The notes below the pieces were generated by a model that saw only the letters and a program-made list of their open reading frames with translations, did not search any database and was not told the origin of the DNA. A stretch of 47,247 bases of DNA from Bacillota bacterium. Lineage in GTDB: Bacteria > Acidobacteriota > Holophagae > Holophagales > Holophagaceae. The translations under genes were made by a program, and so were the position numbers. This document shows, piece by piece, positions 8,116-15,721 of the stretch (its first letter is position 1; every line of letters starts with the position of its first letter). The stretch spans positions 1 to 47,247 of the forward strand of contig JAJTBC010000045.1 of the NCBI GenBank assembly GCA_021287085.1, written 5' to 3'.

Positions 8116-10122
8116 ATGGCCATGTCCCTTCTTCGCACGTGCTTCGTCCCACTCCTCTTCGCGGCCTCCAGCCTCTGGACCACGGCGGCCCTGGGCCAGG
8201 ATCCCCAGCTCAAGGACACCTTCCAGCAAGCCAAGGTGCTATGGGGCAATCAGGGCGACCGGGATGGCGCCACCGCGCGTTTCGAACAGGTGCAAAGCGC
8301 CCTGGAAGGCAAGGAGCTGAAGAGCGAGTGGGCGCAGATCCTGGCCGAAACCTACAACTGGCTGGCGGTGCTGGACAGCGGCAGTGCGGCCCGGAAAAGC
8401 CGGGTCAACGCCCACCTGGAGGCGCTGCTGAACCTGAACCCGGATTTCGAGCTGGATTCGGCCATCACCAACGGCCGCTTACTGGCGGCCTTCGACGCGC
8501 TGCGCAACGCCAAGCTGGTGAAGGTGGCACTGACGCTGGAGCCCCAGGGCGGCGAGCTCAAGGTGGACGGCAAGCTGCGTTCTTCGGCTCTGAAGTTCCT
8601 GGCTCCGGGCTCCCATCGCATCACCTATCAGAAGCCCGGCTTCCAGACCGTGGAATCCCAGGTGGAACTGGCGCTCAAGGAGCCCAAGGCCCTGGAGTTC
8701 AAGCTGCAGCGGACCTCCAGTACCGTGACCATCCACACTTCGCCAGCCGGGGCGGAGGTGCTGCTGGATGGGAAAGCCCAGGGCCAGACCTTGGATTCCA
8801 GCGGGGAACTCTCCGCGCCATTCGTTCTTGGCGACCTTGGTAGCGGCAGCCATGTCCTCGAAGTGCGCGCACCCTGCTTCAAATCCCGTCGCATCGAGCT
8901 GGATCCTTCCTTCACGGCGCCTTTCCAGGATCACACCCTGGAACCGCTGCGTCTGGAACCCAGCCGGGGGCGCCTCACCGTCCAGTCGGATGCGACGGGG
9001 GGCGAACTGTTTCTCGACGGCAAGAGCCAAGGCAAAGTGCCGGTGCAGGATCTTCAGGTTTGCGCTGGGACCTACGATCTGACCGTGCGCTATCCCGCCG
9101 GGGGGTTTTCCACACGCATTGACGTTCGGGAAGACCAGGGCCAATCGGTGATCGCCAAGCCCATGGCCCGGCTGGTCTATGTGGGATTCGAAGGCGAAGA
9201 GGATTTCGCCGGCAAGGATCGATTGCTGAAGGCGCTGGAAACGTTGGGGCCCCGCCTTACGACCCTGGCCTTCACGGCGATCAAAGGGGAATCGCCCCAG
9301 GCGGCCATGGCTCGATTGAAGACCAGCGGCGAGGCGGAACTGGTGCTGTGGGTCAAGCCCGGCGCAGGGCGTCCGGTGCAGGACGTGGAACTCATCCTTG
9401 CCACGTTCCAGGGGGAAGAAGCGCGGGCGCAGGTGAAGCCCTTGGAGCAGGATCCCCTGCAAGGCTGGGTGGAGCGTCTCAACCATCTGCCGCCCTTCTC
9501 CCGACCCTGGATAGGCGCCACTCTGCTCGACGTTCCCGGGGAGGCGGGGCCTTGGGTGCTGGAGGTTCAGGAAGGCGCCCAGAGCGCGGGCCTCAAAGCC
9601 AATCTGCCCATCACCCAGGTGAATGGCCAGGCCGTGGCTACCGTGGCCGAGTTCAGGACCGCCCTGGATCAGGCCAAGGGCGAGACCGTGACGGTGATGC
9701 AGGGCAGCGAATCCCTGCGCCTGCCTCTGACGCGGGCGGGGCTGGAGATACCCGTGAATGCACCGGATCTTTGCTATCCCGTGCTGCTGGCGGAACTGCG
9801 CCTGCGCGCTGCGGAAGCCAAAGGCGACGAGTTGGGTTGGCTGCGCTTGGACCAGGCCCTGGCCTTCATGCACTTCCGCCGCCATGATCGTGCGCTGGAG
9901 ATCCTGCGGGACACTCGCATCCTGGCCACGCGCGGGGTCAGTCAGGGCACCCTCGACTACTACACCGGCGTCTGCCTGCAGAGGCTGGGGCAAGCCTATG
10001 TGCCCGAAGCCATTCAGGCCTTCTCCCAGGCTTTGAAATATCCCAACGCCACCCTCTTCGGCCCCGAAGGGCCCCTGGTGGCGCCTCTGGCCCGTCAGGC
10101 CATGGACGATCTACGACCCTGA
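8116..10122 (+). CDS. Secreted PEGA-repeat / PDZ / TPR domain protein
   Basis: ATG lies 1 nt after the upstream stop, followed by a signal peptide. There are three PEGA-like units, e.g. 'VTIHTSPAGAEVLLDGKAQG' and 'LTVQSDATGGELFLDGKSQGKVPV'. A PDZ-like segment reads 'WVLEVQEGAQSAGLKANLPITQVNGQAV', and the C-terminus has TPR-like helices. Confidence 0.8.
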   Translation: MAMSLLRTCFVPLLFAASSLWTTAALGQDPQLKDTFQQAKVLWGNQGDRDGATARFEQVQSALEGKELKSEWAQILAETYNWLAVLDSGSAARKSRVNAHLEALLNLNPDFELDSAITNGRLLAAFDALRNAKLVKVALTLEPQGGELKVDGKLRSSALKFLAPGSHRITYQKPGFQTVESQVELALKEPKALEFKLQRTSSTVTIHTSPAGAEVLLDGKAQGQTLDSSGELSAPFVLGDLGSGSHVLEVRAPCFKSRRIELDPSFTAPFQDHTLEPLRLEPSRGRLTVQSDATGGELFLDGKSQGKVPVQDLQVCAGTYDLTVRYPAGGFSTRIDVREDQGQSVIAKPMARLVYVGFEGEEDFAGKDRLLKALETLGPRLTTLAFTAIKGESPQAAMARLKTSGEAELVLWVKPGAGRPVQDVELILATFQGEEARAQVKPLEQDPLQGWVERLNHLPPFSRPWIGATLLDVPGEAGPWVLEVQEGAQSAGLKANLPITQVNGQAVATVAEFRTALDQAKGETVTVMQGSESLRLPLTRAGLEIPVNAPDLCYPVLLAELRLRAAEAKGDELGWLRLDQALAFMHFRRHDRALEILRDTRILATRGVSQGTLDYYTGVCLQRLGQAYVPEAIQAFSQALKYPNATLFGPEGPLVAPLARQAMDDLRP

Positions 10123-10133
10123 AAGGAGCATCC

Positions 10134-10526
10134 ATGCACCCCTCCCGTTCCCAGCGAGGCGAAGGCAAGATCGGCTGCATCGTCAGCCTGCTGGTGCTTG
10201 GCCTAGTGGCGGCTGCGGCCTACAAGGCCGTGCCGGTGTACTACGCCAATAACGAATTCCAGACCGCCGTCGAGAACATCTCCACCCGGGCCGGCATCCT
10301 GCCCCTGCCCACCATCGAGGCCCAGATTCGAGACAAAGCCAAGGAGCTGGGCATCATGGAGGCCCTGGATCCTGGCGCCATCACCGTCACCAAGAGTGGC
10401 GATCCCTCCAGGGGCACCTGCACCGTGCGGTTGCATTACACCCGCAAGATCGACTTCTATGGCGTGTACACCTACGCCTACGTGACAGACAGCACCCGCA
10501 ACACTCCCTACATGGATGTCCGTTAA
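10134..10526 (+). CDS. Small single-pass membrane protein (DUF4845-like)
   Basis: AAAGGAG Shine-Dalgarno precedes the ATG at 10134. The 130-aa ORF has an N-terminal TM helix 'IGCIVSLLVLGLVAAAAY' followed by 'KAVPVYYANNEFQ', resembling DUF4845 proteins. The family assignment is tentative. Confidence 0.65.
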   Translation: MHPSRSQRGEGKIGCIVSLLVLGLVAAAAYKAVPVYYANNEFQTAVENISTRAGILPLPTIEAQIRDKAKELGIMEALDPGAITVTKSGDPSRGTCTVRLHYTRKIDFYGVYTYAYVTDSTRNTPYMDVR

Positions 10527-13500
10527 GGGCATGCTCGATGAGCTGAGGGCTCCTTGGCTTGGCTCCTGGGCCGCGCCCTGGGGCCTGGGGCGCGGAAGGC
10601 GCTGGGGCGATGCGGCCTGGGGCCTGGCCGCCATCTCCCAGGCCTGGCTCCTGGGAGGCGCCGAAGGCCGCTGGCCCGAACTGTCCTGGAGCTGGGGCAA
10701 GGAAGGCCCAAAGGTGGAAGCCTGCCTCGGGGCGGGCTCGGCTCGTCCCGATCCTCGGTGGGTCGCGTTGCTGCGTCACGGATCGAGAGACGTGCCTGCG
10801 ACTCAGCGGGGCCGCAAGGAGGACGAGCGCACGGCCTGGTGCTGGGAGGCGCTGCTGGAGGGGGATGGCCTGCCCTGGATGAGCCAAGGCACGGTGCTCT
10901 TTTCCAAGGCCGAACGCTTTCGCTGGATTCCCGTACTGGGCGCGGTGGATGCCCAGGGCACCTTGCGATTGCCGCCTTTTCTCGAACCCTTGGTGCCCGC
11001 ATGGCTCCGCCGCTTGCCGGAAGGATGGTGGCCTTTCCTGCTGCGTGCCCTGGATACGGAAGGGCGTCTGTTGCCCGAAGGGGTCCCACCCAAGGAACTA
11101 CCTTGGGCGGAATGGCTGGCCCAGGGGCCCGACACGTTCATGCCCTTGGTCCTTGATCCGCTGCCCGAGGCTTTGCAATCTCTGAGGGGCACGGCCTGGC
11201 TTCAGGAGTTGGAAGGGGGATGGATGGCCTCGCCCTGGCTGCGGGCCTGGGGCAGGGGCTTCGGTCCCGTGGAAGCCAGCCTGAAACCCTGGGCTGGGAC
11301 GGGATTGGCCTTCGGCGACGAACCGACGCCCTTCCAGCGGAGCCTCCTTGACGGCGAGATGCCTGCCGAACTGTCCGATTCGTGGAAAAGGCCTTTGGAG
11401 CTCGTGCTGGCCTCGATGCCGGTGTACGAGCCGCCGCCCCTTTCCGGCGATCCCACCCTGGATCGGATCTTCATGCGCTGGAGACCGACTCGGGTGGAGC
11501 AGGCCCCGGGTTATCCCGCCTGGGGCGAATCGGCACATCCCTGCGCCGATCCCTTCCATTGGATGGCCGAGGGCTACCGAGCCTACGGAGCGGGCGAAGC
11601 AGAACAGGCCTTGAGGGCTTTCTCCTGGGCTTACGGGCATTTCATGCGCCTGGACAGCCCGTGGTGGGCGGATCGCGCTGCGGCCAACGCCGGTAGCTCC
11701 GCGCTGCACTGGGGCAGCCTGCCCGCCATGGCCAATTGGCGCGCCCTTCAAGCCCCGCCGCCCCCGCCCTTCGATGAATTGGAAGCGGCCTCCCTGCTCG
11801 CCATGCGGGATGAATGGGAGGAGGCCCTGCCCAGGCTGCGTCGTCTCTGCGAAACCCATCCCGAAAACGAAGTGCCGTGGACCCTCCTGGCCTTCCGTGG
11901 CCTGGATCTGGAAAACGCGGCGTGGGTGGCGGAATGCCTTCCCCATATCCGTTCGGACAAGCCTCGCACTCTGTTTCAGGGATTTTTGGAAGGCATGTGG
12001 GATGAACCCCCGGCCAATCTGGGCTTGGAGGAACAGGTGTGCTGGCGACTCTATCAGGCCAAGCGCGATCCCGCCTTCCTGGACGTTTTCTGGCAGGCCT
12101 GGGACGGGTGTCATTCCCAGCTGCTGCGACTCGACGCGGGTTTGATGATGCTGGAACGGCGCCCAGAGGAACGCACGGCCCAGCGCCTGCTCACCCTTCA
12201 GGTCTTGGCGGATCGCACGGACTCTCCGCGCCATCAGGCCCGGCTCGCGGCGCTCTGGCCCGAACTGGCCTTGGAACCCCAGGAAGAACCCAGCGTCTGG
12301 CTGCGCACGATCCTCGCCCGACGCTCTCTTCCCGCGTGGCTGGTGTGGGGTTCCCAGGAGCATCCTCTCACGCTGGGGCCTGAAGGCCATGCCGCGCCCG
12401 AAGGTGCTCTGAGCCGCCTGCACCAGCATGGCGCGCTGGCTCCCTTCGAGCATGAAGGCCACCTTTGGCGCGGGTTTCCCCTCACCTGGGAAGGAGCGGT
12501 GGTGGGCCATGCGCTCACAGCCATATCTCCTGACGCCATTGTCGATAAGGTCGCCGACGTGCATCTGCTGGCTCCCTGGGTGGCCAAGCTGGCGCCAGCC
12601 GCGGGTCTGGAGGCGCCGCCCGATCCTGGCGCGCTGCTCATGGATGGCTCCGAGCCCATGGCGACGCTGATGCGCGAACTCGCCCGCATCGCGCCCTCGG
12701 AGTTGACGGTGCTGGTGCTGGGTCCTTCGGGCAGCGGCAAGGAACTGATGGCCAGGGAAATCCATCGCCGTTCGGGGCGCACGGGGCCGCTGGTGGCCGT
12801 GAACTGCTCCGCTTTCGCCGAAAGCCTCATGGAATCGGAGCTCTTCGGCCATGTGAAGGGCGCGTTCACGGGCGCGGATCGCGACCGGCGCGGCGCCATC
12901 GAAGTGGCCAACCAGGGCACGCTGTTCCTCGATGAAGTGGCCGATCTTTCCCCGCGCATCCAAAGCCTCTTCCTGCGCGTCCTGCAGGAGCGGGAGGTGC
13001 GCCGAGTGGGTTCGGATCGGGCGATCCACGTGGATGTGCGCTTCGTGGCCGCCACCCATCGTTCCCTCGACAACCTCGTGGAAGCGGGCGGTTTCCGCCG
13101 GGATCTGCTCTTCCGCCTCCAGGGTTCGGTGCTGAACCTGCCGAGCCTGCGGGAGCGCCGCCACGAGTTTCCGTACCTGGTGCCTCGATTGCTGCTGCAA
13201 CTGGCCAAGGACATGAAGCGCTCCGCGCCGGAATTGTCGCCGGGCTTGTCTCAGGCTCTGTCGCGGCTGCCCTGGCCTGGCAACTTCCGGGAACTTCGGC
13301 ACGCCCTGGAGCGGGCGCTCCTGCGCTGCGGCTCGGGGCCCCTCAAGCCCGAGCACTTTCCCGAACTTCAGGTGCCCGAAGCCAAGGAGCGGACCTGGGA
13401 AGAGGCCACGCGGGCTTTCCAGAAACGCCTGCTGCTGGACACGCTGCGCCGCCACGCTTTCCAGGTGACCGAGGCCGCGCAGGCCCTGGGCATTGCGCGC

Positions 13501-13590
13501 CCCGCTCTCTACCTTGCGGCCAAGCGCATCGGCCTGGATCTCATCGCCGCTCGCAAGGCCTGGGAAGCCGAACGGCAGAATATGTGCTGA
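10516..13590 (+). CDS. Sigma-54-dependent transcriptional activator (bEBP) with a very long uncharacterised Trp-rich N-terminal region
   Basis: The C-terminal ~310 aa has Walker A 'GPSGSGKE', 'GAFTGA', Walker B 'LFLDEV' and a Fis-type HTH 'VTEAAQALGIARPALYLAAKRIGL'. The N-terminal ~700 aa has no REC, PAS or other domain I can recognise. The start is uncertain: 10516 overlaps the upstream gene by 11 nt, and an in-frame ATG at 10531 is the alternative. Confidence 0.85.
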   Translation: MSVKGMLDELRAPWLGSWAAPWGLGRGRRWGDAAWGLAAISQAWLLGGAEGRWPELSWSWGKEGPKVEACLGAGSARPDPRWVALLRHGSRDVPATQRGRKEDERTAWCWEALLEGDGLPWMSQGTVLFSKAERFRWIPVLGAVDAQGTLRLPPFLEPLVPAWLRRLPEGWWPFLLRALDTEGRLLPEGVPPKELPWAEWLAQGPDTFMPLVLDPLPEALQSLRGTAWLQELEGGWMASPWLRAWGRGFGPVEASLKPWAGTGLAFGDEPTPFQRSLLDGEMPAELSDSWKRPLELVLASMPVYEPPPLSGDPTLDRIFMRWRPTRVEQAPGYPAWGESAHPCADPFHWMAEGYRAYGAGEAEQALRAFSWAYGHFMRLDSPWWADRAAANAGSSALHWGSLPAMANWRALQAPPPPPFDELEAASLLAMRDEWEEALPRLRRLCETHPENEVPWTLLAFRGLDLENAAWVAECLPHIRSDKPRTLFQGFLEGMWDEPPANLGLEEQVCWRLYQAKRDPAFLDVFWQAWDGCHSQLLRLDAGLMMLERRPEERTAQRLLTLQVLADRTDSPRHQARLAALWPELALEPQEEPSVWLRTILARRSLPAWLVWGSQEHPLTLGPEGHAAPEGALSRLHQHGALAPFEHEGHLWRGFPLTWEGAVVGHALTAISPDAIVDKVADVHLLAPWVAKLAPAAGLEAPPDPGALLMDGSEPMATLMRELARIAPSELTVLVLGPSGSGKELMAREIHRRSGRTGPLVAVNCSAFAESLMESELFGHVKGAFTGADRDRRGAIEVANQGTLFLDEVADLSPRIQSLFLRVLQEREVRRVGSDRAIHVDVRFVAATHRSLDNLVEAGGFRRDLLFRLQGSVLNLPSLRERRHEFPYLVPRLLLQLAKDMKRSAPELSPGLSQALSRLPWPGNFRELRHALERALLRCGSGPLKPEHFPELQVPEAKERTWEEATRAFQKRLLLDTLRRHAFQVTEAAQALGIARPALYLAAKRIGLDLIAARKAWEAERQNMC

Positions 13591-13627
13591 AATTCGCACA
13601 GGGCGCAGGAAGGCAAGAACATCCTCT

Positions 13628-15313
13628 TCAGTGGATCACCCAATCGCTGTCCTTGATGAAGCCATGGAGATCACCCTTGGGCATCCGCACCACGTAGCAG
13701 CCTTTGGAGGCGAAGCGCTGACCGGGGCCGTAGCTGAGGCGCTCGTAGTCCGTTTCGAGATCGTCCATGAGCATGCTGAAGGTGTCGAGCAGATGATCCC
13801 GGTAGAAGTTGCGCTCCATATGGGAAATTACTTCCTCCATGGTTTTCATGACGGTGAAGGCCCTGGAGCGAATGCGGCGGTGGGTGTCACCCGCCACGAG
13901 GCTCAGGGAGCTTCCCGCCGCGGGAGAAGCCGCGATCTGGCCCATCATGGAGGCCGGAGGGCGGAACAATCGGTACGGATAGGCAAGGCGCGCCTGATCG
14001 CGGATCTCCTGGGGCAGCTCCCATAGCCTTGGTCCCAGCAGGCTGGTGGAAAGGAGCACCAGGGCCGAAGGGTCCTTCACGCTCCGCAGGCCAGCGTAGC
14101 TTTCCGGGCCTGCCCAAAGCAGCAGAATGGGCGCGCCCTTTTCCCGGATTCGACGCAGCAAGGACGCCGCATCGGGCCGCTGTCCTGGCCGCAGCCGCAC
14201 CGTGTGAACAGCGTCGTGTCCGCGGTCGGCCCAGGCGGCATCGAAGCCCTTCGCCACGGCCTGCGCTTCGGGCGTGGAGGCCACCACCTGCAGGATGGGC
14301 CGTTCTTCGGCGCCTTTCTGGATCAGGTTTGACAGGTAGGCCGCCGCAGCCTCTCCCTCCTGGCGCGGGCCCTTGGAGAAATAGAGGGTGTACCAACCCG
14401 GTCCCTGGGGTTGAGGATGTTCGGTCAAGGGCAGGATGCAGGGCAGGCGATGCCGCTCGGAAAAGGCATGGATGGGTTCCCAGGGCCCGTAGGAAAGACC
14501 GCTGAGCACGGCGAAAACAGGCTCGCGGCGCAGATGGGCTTCGAGCTGGTCGGCCCAGCTTCCGGGTGGGCCTTTCAATTCCCAAACGGACAGGGACCAA
14601 TCCCGGAAAGCCAACGCGCCTTCCAGCGCCGCCAAGGCGCGAAAGCTGGCGGTATCCCGGTGCGCCCCGCGCCGGTTGTGGGCTTCGATGCGGTAGCGAA
14701 GCACTTCCAGGAAGTCAGCGCGATCTTCGGCGCTCACCTCTCCCGCGATGATCGTGGCGAATTTCAGCGTGGTTTGCGTGACACCAGGGGAAGCCGTCGC
14801 CGAGAGCCCTTTGAGGTAGCGCACCAGAAGGCGGGCCTCTTCGGAAGAAAGGGCATAGCGGGGCATGATGTCGCTGAGATCACGGCCATCGGGGGCCACG
14901 CCTTCGGTGAGGGCGCGTTCCAGGTCCGCTTCGGTGTAGGCGGGGCGTCGCAGCGCATCGCGGATGCTTTCGGGCAGCACGCGCCGCTCCTCCCCTTCCA
15001 GGAAAGGGTGGTAGCGGAACCAGGGGCGGAAGAGCTTTTCGCCGTTGGTGGCAGGGGTCGCCACACCCCCTTCCGCGCTGCCCAGCCCTGCCTGCATATG
15101 GCAGCTGGCGCACGCGAAGGCCGCGCCTTCCACGGGCACATCCCCCCGCACGAGGCCTTTCATGGGTTCGCCTGAAGGCAGCAGTCCCTCTCGATACATG
15201 CGTTCGCCCAGCGCCTGCGGGGAAGGTTCGTGCCCTTGGGGCCACAGGTTCATCAGGGATCCGAGGGCCAGAACCGCTCCCAGGGCCCAGCGTCGCGATG
15301 GCAGCCACGTCAT
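13628..15313 (-). CDS. Periplasmic cytochrome c domain fused to a type-1 periplasmic-binding-protein (LivK-like) domain
   Basis: Signal peptide, then a single haem c motif 'CASCH' within 'GAAFACASCHMQAG'. A class-I cytochrome c terminal helix follows ('IMPRYALSSEEARLLVRYLKGL'), then ~380 aa resembling Leu/Ile/Val-type solute-binding proteins. The ATG overlaps the upstream stop (ATGA). Confidence 0.7.
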   Translation of the reverse strand: MTWLPSRRWALGAVLALGSLMNLWPQGHEPSPQALGERMYREGLLPSGEPMKGLVRGDVPVEGAAFACASCHMQAGLGSAEGGVATPATNGEKLFRPWFRYHPFLEGEERRVLPESIRDALRRPAYTEADLERALTEGVAPDGRDLSDIMPRYALSSEEARLLVRYLKGLSATASPGVTQTTLKFATIIAGEVSAEDRADFLEVLRYRIEAHNRRGAHRDTASFRALAALEGALAFRDWSLSVWELKGPPGSWADQLEAHLRREPVFAVLSGLSYGPWEPIHAFSERHRLPCILPLTEHPQPQGPGWYTLYFSKGPRQEGEAAAAYLSNLIQKGAEERPILQVVASTPEAQAVAKGFDAAWADRGHDAVHTVRLRPGQRPDAASLLRRIREKGAPILLLWAGPESYAGLRSVKDPSALVLLSTSLLGPRLWELPQEIRDQARLAYPYRLFRPPASMMGQIAASPAAGSSLSLVAGDTHRRIRSRAFTVMKTMEEVISHMERNFYRDHLLDTFSMLMDDLETDYERLSYGPGQRFASKGCYVVRMPKGDLHGFIKDSDWVIH

Positions 15314-15720
15314 GGCTGTCGCACCATCCGCAGGACCGTGCGGTCCTGCTTCTTGTTCAACGAGGGCGAATCGTAATCCAGAACGGCGATGCCGCGCACC
15401 TCGTTGCTACCCTTCACGGGCGCCTCCAGGGTCACGGTGAGTCCGCGCGTGGGAGGAGAGGCAAGGCGCAGGCGGCCTTTGGCGCAGGTGCCTTTGAGAG
15501 GGATGGGCGCGCGGAACTTGGGCATGAGCAGGGTGCCTTCCACCTTGCCTGCCTCCTGCTTGAGGGTGATGGTGAGATCCTGAAGCGCAAGCCCAGTGGA
15601 AACCAGGGTGAAACTGCCTTTCCAGGTCCCGCTCAGATTGGTGGATTTGGCGGAAGGTGGAACGGCCAGCAGCGAAGCCGTCAGGCCGAACCACCCAAGC
15701 CAACGGAGCGCGGCGATCAT
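15310..15720 (-). CDS. Small secreted hypothetical protein (beta-rich, 'SGTWKGSF' type)
   Basis: The 136-aa ORF has a signal peptide. The ATG lies 1 nt after the oxidase stop and its own stop overlaps the next start. Alternating beta-strand-like pattern. Confidence 0.6.
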   Translation of the reverse strand: MIAALRWLGWFGLTASLLAVPPSAKSTNLSGTWKGSFTLVSTGLALQDLTITLKQEAGKVEGTLLMPKFRAPIPLKGTCAKGRLRLASPPTRGLTVTLEAPVKGSNEVRGIAVLDYDSPSLNKKQDRTVLRMVRQP

Positions 15721-15721
15721 C

